Positions 11,121 through 22,311 are shown, counted from the stretch's first letter. The stretch is 55,699 bases of DNA from Bacteroidaceae bacterium (GCA_900765575.1 CAAFRW010000234.1:1-55699), one strand, 5' to 3'. The notes: generated by a model from the sequence alone, not told the origin. Program-made: numbers and translations.

Positions 11121-12638
11121 TTATTTGTTTACATTATCCTTATAATCCTCACGTCCTCCAATTTCAACCTCTTTTTCGGGGAGAGGAACTACATAAAGTT
11201 CATCACCTGAGGTAGTCGCATTTGGTATTTCTTTTCCCAAACGTTTATAATAAAAGAACATTTGCCCCTCACTAATAAACTCCTTCTTCCATTCCTTCTC
11301 TATCTCCTTATCAATTTCTTCTTTTGTTAAAGTCTCCGGAAGATTTTTTTCATATAAAATACCACGAGCTACACGAACCTGATTAATCATATTCACTGCC
11401 TGTTTCTGATTACCCAATTCATTATAACATTCGGCTGCATAGTAGAACATTTCCGGTTTCCGGATAAGAGGCATTTTGTTCTTTGCCGCAGAAGTTGATT
11501 CCGGAGATTCCCAGAATTTAAGAAACAGCCAAGCCGTAGCATCCGTTTTGTCCAAACCTCTTAAATAGCGATAATCAGACAAGCCTGTACCGTCACTTAT
11601 ATCATAAAGTAATTCACCATTTGCTTTCGTTATGCGAAAAAAGGATGTATTATGAGATAAAGAAAAACCATTTTGTATCGTATATGTCTCAATATAAGGC
11701 TTTAAAGGTTCATACATATTAGCAATATCCAGATTAAATATATGTTCTGTTGTGTAAGAGAGGTCACGCTCCTTTTCTTCCACATTAATAGAAGCATCCG
11801 CATTCACCCATGAAATGACGTTATCTTTTGTGAAGAGAGGGTCTACACATTTCAAAGCCTCCTGATAATTACCTTCCCACATATACACCCGAGCCTGTAA
11901 AGCACGTACGGCATAATAATTTAAATGATTTCGTCTATTCTTATAGAAACCGTCTGCATTAGGTAACTCATAGCTTTCATCTTTACTTTCAGGACCATAC
12001 GAGTCATAATACGCAAGCAATTTTTCTGCTTCATTAAGGTCTGCATGAATCAATTCCAAAACTTCACGTTCCGTAGATTGCTTTGTTGTTGATTTATGAT
12101 ATCTAAGTACGTACGGAATAGTCAATCTATCCAGGTTTTCCGGATGTCTTTTTAAATCGCCCCATCCGAACATGCGCAACAAATCAAAGTGCAAGAAGGC
12201 CCGTAAGCCCAAGGCTTCTCCTTTAATAATAGCATAATTGGTAGGATGCATAACCACTTCCCCTTTTTCTTCTATCATTCCAAGCAATGCGTTGACATTA
12301 GCTATTAAATTATATTGCTTCAGCCAAACATTAGAAAAAGTACCCTCAGTCAAATCATAATCATGTAGACTGGCCCGATAATAGGAATTACTTGTTTCCA
12401 TCTCATACAGTCCACCCATTGCATCCAACAAGCATACAGTCAGATTTTTACCATAAAGCGTTCCATCTCCCATCAGCATATAACAACCAATCAACGCTTC
12501 TTTGAATCCCGACTCGTTCTCAAACATCTTATCTTCCCGGATTTCCGTTTTAGGTTGCACATCCAAGAAGTCGGAGCAAGCCGTAGTGCAAACTACGGTG
12601 ATGATACAAAGTATATAATTCAGTTTTTTCATATTCAA
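11121..12638 (-). CDS. susD: RagB/SusD-family nutrient-binding outer-membrane lipoprotein
   Basis: TACSDFLDVQPK lipoprotein start, GEALGLRAFLHFDLLRMFG, EFISEGQMFFYYKR. Confidence 0.93.
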   Translation of the reverse strand: MNMKKLNYILCIITVVCTTACSDFLDVQPKTEIREDKMFENESGFKEALIGCYMLMGDGTLYGKNLTVCLLDAMGGLYEMETSNSYYRASLHDYDLTEGTFSNVWLKQYNLIANVNALLGMIEEKGEVVMHPTNYAIIKGEALGLRAFLHFDLLRMFGWGDLKRHPENLDRLTIPYVLRYHKSTTKQSTEREVLELIHADLNEAEKLLAYYDSYGPESKDESYELPNADGFYKNRRNHLNYYAVRALQARVYMWEGNYQEALKCVDPLFTKDNVISWVNADASINVEEKERDLSYTTEHIFNLDIANMYEPLKPYIETYTIQNGFSLSHNTSFFRITKANGELLYDISDGTGLSDYRYLRGLDKTDATAWLFLKFWESPESTSAAKNKMPLIRKPEMFYYAAECYNELGNQKQAVNMINQVRVARGILYEKNLPETLTKEEIDKEIEKEWKKEFISEGQMFFYYKRLGKEIPNATTSGDELYVVPLPEKEVEIGGREDYKDNVNK

Positions 12639-12642
12639 TCAT

Positions 12643-15600
12643 TTATAAAGTAATAGATAATGAAGCATTGAAAGTTCTCGCAAACGGATAAGAAGTTCCT
12701 CTTTCTATTTTAATAGTTGAGAAGGTACATATATCATTTGCATTCAAACGAATTTGCATTCGCTCAATGCCTAAATCCTTAATAAATTTCCAACGCCAAA
12801 AGTCATAAGACAACTGTACGGAAGAAATTTTTAACTCATTCCTATCTTGAACGAAACGCGAAGTCGGATAGGTTTTAGAGGACGCATATTTTTCTTCTTC
12901 AGATATATAAATTTGTTCATTAATTGCTTTAAAGAATGAAACATCACCCGGTTTACGCCATCTGTCAGTATAAATACGCCTGTCTACATTGCCATTCATA
13001 TCAGCATTTTCTACTTTATTCACAAGTGTTTCATTGTACATCTTAGCACCATACTGGTAAGAAAATACGGCATTGAACCCAAAACCTTTATACTGGAAAG
13101 TAATACCGGCATTTCCAGAAACTTTCGGCAAGGCATCGCCACAGATTATCTGATTATTGGCATCATACCCATACGTTCTTCTGTAACTTCCGCTTTCTTT
13201 ATCATAAACCAAATATATTTCACGGCCATTCGCCGGGTCAATTCCAAGAGATTTCATAGCCCAAATAGCGTCCATCGACACACCATCATAATACTTCGAA
13301 AGAGGTTTTGTTGTACTTGTAGCACTGGCTATCTGTTGTTCATTGTATTCCTTCATGGCTGCCGAAATCTCTTTCAAAACATTCTTATTATGTGAACACA
13401 TTAGTGAAAAAGAGAGATAAGACCGGTCAGCCGGACGTTGCCATACGGTAGCAGAGGCGCGGAGGTCAAAACCACGGTTTTGTACCTTTCCTACATTTTC
13501 CTGTACGGTAGAGAATCCGGTAGAAGGAACTAACGTTAAAGGATTCAGCGCATTATTAGTTACAGAATTATAGTATTCAAAAGTCAAGTGATATCGATTC
13601 TTCCAAGAAAAGTCAAGTCCGAAATTCTCCTCTAATTTTTCTTGCCATTTCAAACTTTCATTCCGCATTCCGGTTAATTGAGCTCCTAAAAAACCACCAT
13701 AGGTTTTATCCAGAAAATACTCATACGAAGCCAACGCATTGTATGAGGCAGAACTTTGCGAGCCAGTAGAACCGATAGTGGCTCTTAGGCGAAGCTGAGT
13801 GATATCCGTACCTTTCAACCATTTCTCATTATGTAAGTTCCAGCTAGTTCCGAAACTCCAAAACGAGCCCCAACGGCTATCCGCACCATACATACTGGAA
13901 GCACTTTGCCGGAATGTTCCATCAAAATTCAAACGGCTATCATACGAATAGTTTAAAGAAAGATAATATCCGAAAGAATGGGTTGTTTGCTCACTTCCGG
14001 TAGGTTTTGTATCCTCTGTATACTGACGGGCAAAGATTATATCATTCATTTTATCACTTGGGAATCCCTCCGCTTTCTGCACATTGGTCGAGTATTCTTC
14101 ACTTGACACATCAAAACCTCCATTGAAATAGAAATCATGAATCTCCGCAAAGTTTTTATTGTATTGAATATCAAATTTTCCACTTAAATTGCTCTGAGTG
14201 CCCTGTTCTAATTCATAAGAACCCTTCTTTGTGGCTTCATCTTCCGAATAATTATAAAATTTCAGATGATTGGCCGGATAGAAATTATCCCGTCTATCGC
14301 GTCTTTCCGTCAAACCTAAACGTGCCGTTAATTTCAAACCATCCATAACAAACCATTGCAAATCAAAATTGTTAGTCATATCAAAATATTTCTTTTGCAA
14401 TAGAGTGCTTAACTGTGCATTGTATAAGGGATTGGCTTCAAATTTTATATCATCGTACCACGCATTTACGGTTACATCATTACCTAAATCCAATTGAGGT
14501 ACAATATTCTGTCCAATACTACCATACTGGTCGTAAGGAGTATAATAAGGATTCAATGCTGCATATTCACTAAAAGTACCATAAGGAGAATCATCCGCCA
14601 CATTGGAAGTAATAGTCAACTGATTGCGGAAAAGAAATTTTTTATGACGGTAAGATAAAGAAATACCACCACTGATTGTTTCCCTGTCAGAACCTTTCAT
14701 TACACCTGCTACCGAATTATAAGAAAGGTCTATAATCGCTTTCAACTCTTTCTCACCCAATTCCACCGATACATTATGCTTCGTGCCGACTCCCAAACGC
14801 AACGGTTTAGATATCCAATCGGTATTGATTCCTGAAACAACAGCGGATAGTTTCTGGTTATAGATTTGAGCCATGGCACGCTGAGAGTTGTAGCTTGCTT
14901 CCGGGTCATCATACATACCAAAGAGTCTCTCTATTTCCAATTTCTCTGCTGCATTCGTCAAGTTATAAGAAGTCAAATCCGGAGCCTCTATCTCCATACT
15001 TCCATTATAAGTTACTCTTAACTTACCATCGGTATTTTTTTTCAATTCAATAATAATAACGCCGTTTGCTGCTTTCGAACCATAAATAGCTTTGGCTGAA
15101 GCATCTTTCAGAATGGTAAGACTTTCTACGCGGTCCATGTCCAAGTCCATGATTTTTTGAATCGACACTTCGAAACCATCCAATACGAACAAAGGCGCAT
15201 TCGGGTCGGAACCATACGTGGCTTTTAAGTCAGTATCTTCCAAACTAATAGCTGTTTTTCCACGCATCACCATTTCCGGAACAGCATTCGGGTCGGAACC
15301 TAAAGACACATTGTCAAAGAACATAATAGATGAATCCAGATTTTTAAGCGACTGTAATACGTTCGAGTTTCCTACTCGCTTTAAATCATCATTTTTTATT
15401 GTTCGAACAGAACCGGTAAACGTATTGGCTTTACGCTCGAATACACCATTTACCACCACTTCGTTCATGGTCTGTGATGCTTCATGCATCACAACTTTCA
15501 TTTTACCCCCCCCCGGACGGTTTCTGTATTCATACCTATATATGAGAAAACCAGCATGTTACTGGCTCCGGATTTATCTTCCGGTACTTCCATTAAAAAA

Positions 15601-16067
15601 TGACCGTCAATATCTGTCGCCACTCCAAAATTAGAAACACCAGAGATAGTTACCGCCACACCAATCAAAGGCATATCGGCTTCATCTACCACAACACCTT
15701 CATACACTTTCTTTACCGGGAGGTTTGCTTTAGCAGGAACTTCCGCAACTGCAACTTCCTTCTTTGTTACACTAATGTACTTACCATTCTCTTTCACTAC
15801 ATAAGTCAAAGGATACTTTCCAATCACCTTTCGCACAGCTTCTTCGGCCGTTACATTTGTCAACGTCTCCGTTACTTTATAGGTATTCACATCTTCATAG
15901 GCGAATAAAATATTCACCCCCGAAGCTTTCTCGATACGTTTGAATACCGACGACATCGACTCATTTTTTAATGTCAAACTGAATTTCTTTCCTACATCTT
16001 GCGCTGAAAGGTTCAGCGTCAGAAGAAAAGAAAAAAAGAAAAGAAGCATTTTGGTTCTCTTTCTCAT
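12643..16067 (-). pseudogene. susC: SusC/RagA TonB-dependent transporter with N-terminal signalling (STN-like) extension, frameshifted at a G9 tract (phase-OFF allele, mutation or assembly error)
   Basis: 15498..16067 encodes signal peptide, STN-like and CarboxypepD_reg-like parts; 12643..15501 encodes plug (PLFVLDG, LKDASAKAIYGSKAANGVIII) and barrel; frames switch at C9 15506-15514. Confidence 0.88.
15506..15514 (-). repeat. G9 homopolymer within susC
   Basis: Plus strand ttttaCCCCCCCCCggacgg; G7 or G10 would restore the reading frame. Confidence 0.9.
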
Positions 16068-16133
16068 CGTTCTTAATACTTAATATTACACTTTGCCTGC
16101 ACAGAATGCAGAACGTTATTTTTCTCTTGTAAT

Positions 16134-16166
16134 ATTAGATACGGAGAACACCTCATTTCGGGTACG
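16134..16166 (-). promoter_or_regulatory. Putative ECF-sigma promoter of susC
   Basis: cgtacccgaaatgaggtgttctccgtatctaat matches the motif upstream of fecR with identical spacing. Confidence 0.55.
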
Positions 16167-16295
16167 GGAAATGAAATAAAAATAAAAAAACTGTAGAAAA
16201 AGTCTATCAGAAGGAAGTAAAAAAGGCTGAGGCGTTAAGGAAGTTAAAGAAAATACGGTCTACGACCTATAAGATAAAGAAGTTATCACCTTGCT

Positions 16296-17399
16296 TCAAT
16301 CAATGATTAGTTGATTGTTTACAAAAGCAACTTTAGCTTTATTTAGGCTATTAAGCAAATCGACAACTTGCTGAATTGAACCATTCCGCTCTGCCAAAAA
16401 GTGCATATTTACACCCATTGCTTTATGATTATTAAAGACAACGTCCACATTGTACCAACGTCCCAATTCTTTAGTTATCTCAATCAGTGACACATTATCA
16501 AAATAGAAAACACCCTCTTTCCATAAACAATAAGCATCCGTATCTACGGGTTTAACTATAAAATCCGCTTCTTTTGTCAAATAGGCATCCTCTCCGGGAT
16601 GAATCAGAGCGGTCTGGTCCATAGTCGCATTTCGTACTTCTACCGACCCGTTTAATAAGGTTACATGAGTATCATTTAAGGCATAATTACGTACATTAAA
16701 TTCGGTTCCCAATACTTTTGTAGAAAGATTCTCTGTTTGTACAATAAACGGGCGGCTCTCGTCCTTTGCCACGTCAAAGAAAGCCTCACCCCGCAAAGTA
16801 ACAACGCGCTCTTTGCCTGTAAACTTATTAGGATAAGAGAGTTGACTTTCGGCATTCAACCAAACTTCAGTTCCATCGCTCAACTCTACATGAAACATCT
16901 TCTGCCTAGGGGTAGTAAGTATCTGCATTTGCACTTCTTCAATTACCTGATTTTTATCATAGACAAGCTGTTTTTTATCTGCATCAAGGGTTGCACCAAG
17001 CTTATCCAATTGTTCTTTATCAGGTTCCTGGTCTATCACCAGAAACTCCCCTCCGGCACGTTGCAACGTCACATTTTCTATATGATTATTAGCCAAAAAC
17101 ACCGTAACCGGTTTCTCTTTAGCTGAAAAGAAAAAGTCTCCATAAAATAAGAATATAAAAATCAGTACAGCAGCGGCTCCTGCTAAAAAGCTAGAGACAA
17201 CTGTCGTTTTATGACTACGTCCGGAGTCATGTACACGATAAAAACACTTCAATTCCTTCTGCACCATATCAGAAGAAGGTACGGCTTCTTTATTCAAAAA
17301 ATAGTGCCGTATCATCATTTCTTCACGCATATAGTCTTCAGCATGCTGTGTCTTATTCTCTTTATATTCTTTTTCATCCATAAGTATACGCCCTTCCAT
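16296..17399 (-). CDS. FecR-family anti-sigma factor
   Basis: One TM helix, LSDGTEVWLNAES, ERVVTLRGEAFFDV, VLGTEFNV, LGRWYNVDV. Confidence 0.92.
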   Translation of the reverse strand: MEGRILMDEKEYKENKTQHAEDYMREEMMIRHYFLNKEAVPSSDMVQKELKCFYRVHDSGRSHKTTVVSSFLAGAAAVLIFIFLFYGDFFFSAKEKPVTVFLANNHIENVTLQRAGGEFLVIDQEPDKEQLDKLGATLDADKKQLVYDKNQVIEEVQMQILTTPRQKMFHVELSDGTEVWLNAESQLSYPNKFTGKERVVTLRGEAFFDVAKDESRPFIVQTENLSTKVLGTEFNVRNYALNDTHVTLLNGSVEVRNATMDQTALIHPGEDAYLTKEADFIVKPVDTDAYCLWKEGVFYFDNVSLIEITKELGRWYNVDVVFNNHKAMGVNMHFLAERNGSIQQVVDLLNSLNKAKVAFVNNQLIID

Positions 17400-17400
17400 A

Positions 17401-17433
17401 ATTAAATACGGACAACTTCGATTTCAGTGCACG
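17401..17433 (-). promoter_or_regulatory. Putative ECF-sigma promoter of fecR
   Basis: cgtgcactgaaatcgaagttgtccgtatttaat, same bipartite layout as the susC upstream motif. Confidence 0.5.
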
Positions 17434-17435
17434 TT

Positions 17436-17945
17436 TCACTTTTCTTTCTCGCAATTATAAAGTTCTTTTAGCAATTTTAAAGCTTTCATTATGTGTTTCT
17501 TCACTGTATCCGGACTGATATTCAACTCTTCGGCTACTTCGGCATACTTTTTTTGCTGTAAATAACAAAGTTCCAAAATACGTCTGGTTTGTGAAGGCAG
17601 CTGCGACAAAAGTCTCTCTACCAATTCATCCTTTTCTTGTTCTTCGGAATAATCAATATAGAGCTCTGAATAACAATGAATGTACTCTTCCGTATACTGA
17701 CTTGAGAGAATGGTATGGCGAAGATGGTCAATGCAACGATTACGGGTACTCGCCATTAAGTAAGCATTCAGTTTATTGAGCTCCAAAGACGAAATATTTT
17801 TCCATAAACCAACAAAGACATCACTGACAATATCCCGGCTGACTTCTGAATTCCCCGTAATATGAAGGGCATAGATATAAAGCCGTGAATAATTTTCAGT
17901 AAAGATGCGGTCAAATGTCTTCCTATATAACAACTCCTTGAACAT
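17436..17945 (-). CDS. ECF sigma-70 factor
   Basis: Region 2 (DIVSDVFVGLW, RNRCIDHLR) and region 4 (KKYAEVAEELNISPDTVKKHI); adjacent to fecR. Confidence 0.93.
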   Translation of the reverse strand: MFKELLYRKTFDRIFTENYSRLYIYALHITGNSEVSRDIVSDVFVGLWKNISSLELNKLNAYLMASTRNRCIDHLRHTILSSQYTEEYIHCYSELYIDYSEEQEKDELVERLLSQLPSQTRRILELCYLQQKKYAEVAEELNISPDTVKKHIMKALKLLKELYNCEKEK

Positions 17946-18045
17946 AAACCCTCTCTATTCTCTCTCAAATGTGGCAAAAATTTCTGCCGCGCAATATTCG
18001 ATAAAAATTCGGAGAAGCACAAACTTTTTCTTATAATCTTTACAA

Positions 18046-18861
18046 TTATTTTTTCTTTACGATGGAAGTAAGTGGATGACGATTACCCGAAACATGCGTC
18101 AGAAAAGCTTTGGCACTACCAAAATTCAGGTACATGTCCAAACGGACCGGTAAGTGATTGGCATCGTCCGTTACATAAAAGGTTATCACCTCTTTCTCTT
18201 TCTTTTTGTCTCCTTTATATTCGACCAAAGAAAATACCAGGCAACGGTACACCGTACCATTATCGGCTTTGAAGTTTTCTTTTCCTCTGTAAATAAGTGT
18301 CTGGTTCTCCACTTCCGTACCTGTTGCCATCGGGAAGATTAATTTTTGCCCTACTTCCAAATGAGAGACATCGAACGAACGGGCTCTCGCCAATAAACTC
18401 AACATATCGTAAATGCAACGACTGTCGGTATGCTCGGAAAAGACGGGTTCTTTTCCACGCCGGTAACGACTTTGCTTAATATGGCTCGCTCCGTCGGAAT
18501 AGGAGAATTTGATTTCATCCAGTGTATAACGCTTTCCTTCTTCGGCTCCTTTGCGGAAATAATAGGGAACCAAATCTTCCGACATGATGGCAACCAATGT
18601 ATCGCGCATCGTAAAAAAGAAATCGGCTCTTTTACTTCCTTTCGTTTGCAAGAAGGTACGTAATGCAGGCTTAGAGTTGTATGTAGTAGAAGTGGTCTTC
18701 ATGTGCGCCGTACCAGCCTTTACCCAGACAAATTTCCAGTTAAAATGAAGGTCGTACGTTAAGCTTTCGCCAGCCTTCATCGCCAAATTCTCCGTAGCGC
18801 ACTGTGCAAAAGAGTACGTACTACAAAGAATACTCAGCCATATAATCCAGATAGTTCTCAT
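18046..18861 (-). CDS. DUF3108-like exported protein
   Basis: Signal peptide, GESLTY...WVKAG, YVTDDANHLPVR. Confidence 0.8.
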   Translation of the reverse strand: MRTIWIIWLSILCSTYSFAQCATENLAMKAGESLTYDLHFNWKFVWVKAGTAHMKTTSTTYNSKPALRTFLQTKGSKRADFFFTMRDTLVAIMSEDLVPYYFRKGAEEGKRYTLDEIKFSYSDGASHIKQSRYRRGKEPVFSEHTDSRCIYDMLSLLARARSFDVSHLEVGQKLIFPMATGTEVENQTLIYRGKENFKADNGTVYRCLVFSLVEYKGDKKKEKEVITFYVTDDANHLPVRLDMYLNFGSAKAFLTHVSGNRHPLTSIVKKK

Positions 18862-20795
18862 TATCTATTTTTGTCCTTCATACGTTCTTCGTTACGACTT
18901 CTTGCCGTCTTCTTCTCCGCTTCAGGTTTTTGTTTTGTTATTTCTATCGGTTTCTGTTTTTCAACAGGAACGGCATCCAAGTCCCAATCTTGTTCTACTT
19001 CCCACATCGCTTTCAACTCCAATGGTTGGGAGTAATAAAAGACCTCTTCCGCCTGACGCTTATCGGCATACAGTCCGGTATCCCAGACCCCGTTTCCATT
19101 ATGGTCGTTAAATAAGCGCAGATAATATTTACCCGGTGGCAGAAAATAAATATCCGCCCTTCCGTTTACTACTTTAGCTTGCCGCAACGGAACATCCTGC
19201 CCGTTCAACACTTCCACTACCGCCGAAGAGTCCGCTTTGGGAATATTCAGGAACAGGGAGCTGTATTCATCAAGAGAACGCACTTTCATGGTCTGCTCCA
19301 TTTTATCGGAAAACGCTCCATACAATCCGATAAAAGCCAATGAATCAATCGATAATTTGTACTCCTGCTCGGGACGCCATTCGGCAAACAAAGTATAGCT
19401 ACGATTGGTTAGTTCATTTTTTTCAATCTCATAAGGAATCTCCTGCCAAAGCGTATCCACTTTTTGCATCAGGTGGATAGCCGTGGTATCGAATACGCTC
19501 AACGGTTCGTCAAAGCCGATTACTACATTCCGTGTTAAATCGAGCGTAGAAGGAGCATCGATTTTTACTTTCAGGAATTCAATAGGAGGAAGTGTGTCAT
19601 TGACTTCTCCTTTCCTTTTTTTCTTCTTCAGCCCTTTCTGCCATTCTTCCAGTTTTTGTTCGGCTTCTTTCTTCAGCTTGGCACGGCTCGTCTTCGAAGC
19701 CATTTCCAAGGTATCGGTACGCGGCACAAGTTTGCCCAACGTATCGGTATAAAGGTAAGAGACCTTCATGGCCAATGTATCAAGATTATAGACCAATGAG
19801 TCTTTTATCCAATAATGAACCGTATCGTTATGCAGGGAATGTTCTATAATAAAAGCATCCTTTTCATTAAAGTTCAGTCCTTCGACCGTAGGCAACGTAT
19901 CGGCAGGAACCGAGAAATAGAAAGAGAACTTGGGAGGCAGCAACCGTTCGTTCTTTATCATATATTGAGTAACCGGAGTCTCTTTAAAGGCCCGTAACAC
20001 AATATTGTCCGGCATAAAATGGGTGTACTGCACCTGCCGGATGGTATCAATCGTAACAGTATCTTTCCATATCGTATCCGCTTTCATTTCCAGTTTGGAA
20101 ACCGGAACAATCATCTCGTCTGTGAACGCAATCATCTCTGTTTTCTGGTCGAAGATGAAGTTTTGGTTTATATCCATCAGGCCATAGATGCGGTAGTTGC
20201 CGGATGCAATTCCGCGAATGGTAAACCGTCCCCGACTATCGGTGCGGGCTACTCGTTCGAAAGGCAATGTCACAAAAGCCGAATCGGCCGTATTGGAATA
20301 AAGTCCGACCAACATGCCTTTCACCGGTTCCAAATTCGATGCATCCAACACCGTACCCGAAACCTGTAACGTATCAATCTCCGGACCGGTAGAGAAGGTG
20401 AAAGCAAAATCGCCCAGGGGATTGCCCTCGTTGTTATCGACTATGGCATCCGAAAAATCTATGGTATAAGTGGTGTTGGCTTTTAAAGAATCCATCAGTC
20501 CCACCACCACTTTTTTTCCGCTCACTTTTATTTCAGGAGCCTCAAGCTGGGGAGGTGATACCACGACTTTCTCGTTCGCTTTCTCCAGTTTTATATATTC
20601 ATCGAATTCGATGGTTATTTTCTTCTCCTTATTATTTACAGCATAAAGGGCCGGTGAGGTTTTCAGCACTTGAGGCGGCGTTTCATCATACATCCCTCCA
20701 TCCGGCGAACCAATGCTGGCGCAAGAGTAGAGTGCTATAAGAAGAAGAACCAAGATTCCTCCCGCCCACTTTTTGATAAGATGCTTTCGATTCAT
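18861..20795 (-). CDS. Ig-like (Big_5) domain lipoprotein
   Basis: Lipobox LYSC-ASIGSPDGG, DETPP, TYTIDFSDAIVDNNEGN, DHNGNGVWDTG. Confidence 0.8.
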   Translation of the reverse strand: MNRKHLIKKWAGGILVLLLIALYSCASIGSPDGGMYDETPPQVLKTSPALYAVNNKEKKITIEFDEYIKLEKANEKVVVSPPQLEAPEIKVSGKKVVVGLMDSLKANTTYTIDFSDAIVDNNEGNPLGDFAFTFSTGPEIDTLQVSGTVLDASNLEPVKGMLVGLYSNTADSAFVTLPFERVARTDSRGRFTIRGIASGNYRIYGLMDINQNFIFDQKTEMIAFTDEMIVPVSKLEMKADTIWKDTVTIDTIRQVQYTHFMPDNIVLRAFKETPVTQYMIKNERLLPPKFSFYFSVPADTLPTVEGLNFNEKDAFIIEHSLHNDTVHYWIKDSLVYNLDTLAMKVSYLYTDTLGKLVPRTDTLEMASKTSRAKLKKEAEQKLEEWQKGLKKKKRKGEVNDTLPPIEFLKVKIDAPSTLDLTRNVVIGFDEPLSVFDTTAIHLMQKVDTLWQEIPYEIEKNELTNRSYTLFAEWRPEQEYKLSIDSLAFIGLYGAFSDKMEQTMKVRSLDEYSSLFLNIPKADSSAVVEVLNGQDVPLRQAKVVNGRADIYFLPPGKYYLRLFNDHNGNGVWDTGLYADKRQAEEVFYYSQPLELKAMWEVEQDWDLDAVPVEKQKPIEITKQKPEAEKKTARSRNEERMKDKNR

Positions 20796-20802
20796 ATTCG
20801 AC

Positions 20803-22311
20803 CTATTTATTCAAAAGAAGCAATTCATCCATATACTCGCGGGTGTTACTCAAACGAGGCACTTTGTGCTGTCCACCCAATTTTCCTTTATTCTTCAGCC
20901 AATCGTGGAATAAACCGGAGCGTGCCGGAATTATTTCCAAGGGTTGCAAGGTAATATTTTTATAGCGTTTCGCTTCATAATCGGAATTTATTTCTTGCAG
21001 TGCCTTGTCCAACATCTCCGCAAAACGTGTTAACGATTCGGGTTCTTTCTCAAACTCTATCAACCATTGGTGACGACATTTTGCATTGGCATCCATAAAT
21101 ACCGGAGCTGCCGTATAGTCCAAAATGCGGGCGCCCGTTTCGGCACAAACCTTCGCTAAGCCCTTCTCGGCATTGTCCACAATCAATTCTTCTCCAAAAG
21201 CATTGATATAGTGCTTCGTCCGTCCGGTTATAACAAACTGGTAAGGCGTTTTGTTGGTAAACTTCACGGTATCACCAATCATATAGCGCCACAAACCACA
21301 CGAAGTACTAATCAGCATCGCATAATTCTTGTTCAGTTCCACCCCTTCCAACGGCACCACTGTCGGATTTTCTTTTCCGAACTCATCCATCGGCATAAAT
21401 TCATAAAAGATTCCGTAATCAATCATCAATGTCATCGACGAAGTGGTTGGGTCTGTCTGCACGCCAAAAAAGCCTTCACTCGCATTATAGGTTTCCACAT
21501 AATGCATTTTATCGCTGCGAATCAACTGTTTATACAAATCGCGGTAAGGAGCAAAACTGATGCCGCCATGGAAAAAGACTTCCAGATTGGGCCACACCTC
21601 TTCGAGGCCGGTTTTACCTGTTACTTCCAGCACCCGTTTCAGCACGGCAAGCATCCAGGAGGGTACTCCGGAAATATTGGTTACGTTCACGTTCATAGTG
21701 CTGTGGGCTATCCGTTCCACCTTTTCTTCAAAATCGCTCAACAAAGCAATCTGCTTGCTGGGCACACGGATAAAGTTCACCAACGGATTGACATTCTGAA
21801 TTAAAATAGCCGATAAATCGCCCACCAAACTATTTTTCAGGTTATAATTCGGAGCGTGACTTCCGCCCAGAATCAATCCTTTACCGGAGAAAAAACGACT
21901 CTGAGGATTGTTACGCAGATAAGAAGCTACACAATCGGCTCCGCCGGCATAATGCGCATCGTGCAACCCATCCTTGCTGACAGGGATAAATTTGCTTTTA
22001 TCGTTGGTTGTACCGGATGATTTGGCAAACCAGCAAACTTTACCGGGCCATAGCACATCGCTCTCGCCCTGGCGCATCCGCTCTACATAAGGCTTTACCT
22101 CTTCGTAAGTCTGAACCGGTACTTGTTGTTGAAAATCGTGATATGTTTGTATCTGAGCGTATTGATGTTGAGCTCCCCACTTTGTATCTGTCGCTTTGGA
22201 AATAAGATGACGAAATACTTTGTCTTGAATTTCCGCAGGCTTAACAGCATATAAATCAATTGCTTTCTGGCGGGAAACAAATAGTTTTCCTATTAATTGG
22301 GTAGAATTCAT
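20803..22311 (-). CDS. GH3 auxin-responsive-promoter family protein (acyl-acid amido synthetase-like ANL ligase)
   Basis: FAKSSGTT, ETYNASEGF, GLWRYMIGD, GGQHKVPRL; ATG start at 22311. Confidence 0.88.
   Translation of the reverse strand: MNSTQLIGKLFVSRQKAIDLYAVKPAEIQDKVFRHLISKATDTKWGAQHQYAQIQTYHDFQQQVPVQTYEEVKPYVERMRQGESDVLWPGKVCWFAKSSGTTNDKSKFIPVSKDGLHDAHYAGGADCVASYLRNNPQSRFFSGKGLILGGSHAPNYNLKNSLVGDLSAILIQNVNPLVNFIRVPSKQIALLSDFEEKVERIAHSTMNVNVTNISGVPSWMLAVLKRVLEVTGKTGLEEVWPNLEVFFHGGISFAPYRDLYKQLIRSDKMHYVETYNASEGFFGVQTDPTTSSMTLMIDYGIFYEFMPMDEFGKENPTVVPLEGVELNKNYAMLISTSCGLWRYMIGDTVKFTNKTPYQFVITGRTKHYINAFGEELIVDNAEKGLAKVCAETGARILDYTAAPVFMDANAKCRHQWLIEFEKEPESLTRFAEMLDKALQEINSDYEAKRYKNITLQPLEIIPARSGLFHDWLKNKGKLGGQHKVPRLSNTREYMDELLLLNK

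Noticed and set aside
20803..22311. Second glycoside hydrolase 'GH3' or plant-derived auxin gene
   Set aside because: The name refers to the Gretchen Hagen 3 ligase family, which is common in Bacteroidetes; it is not a CAZyme and not evidence of transfer
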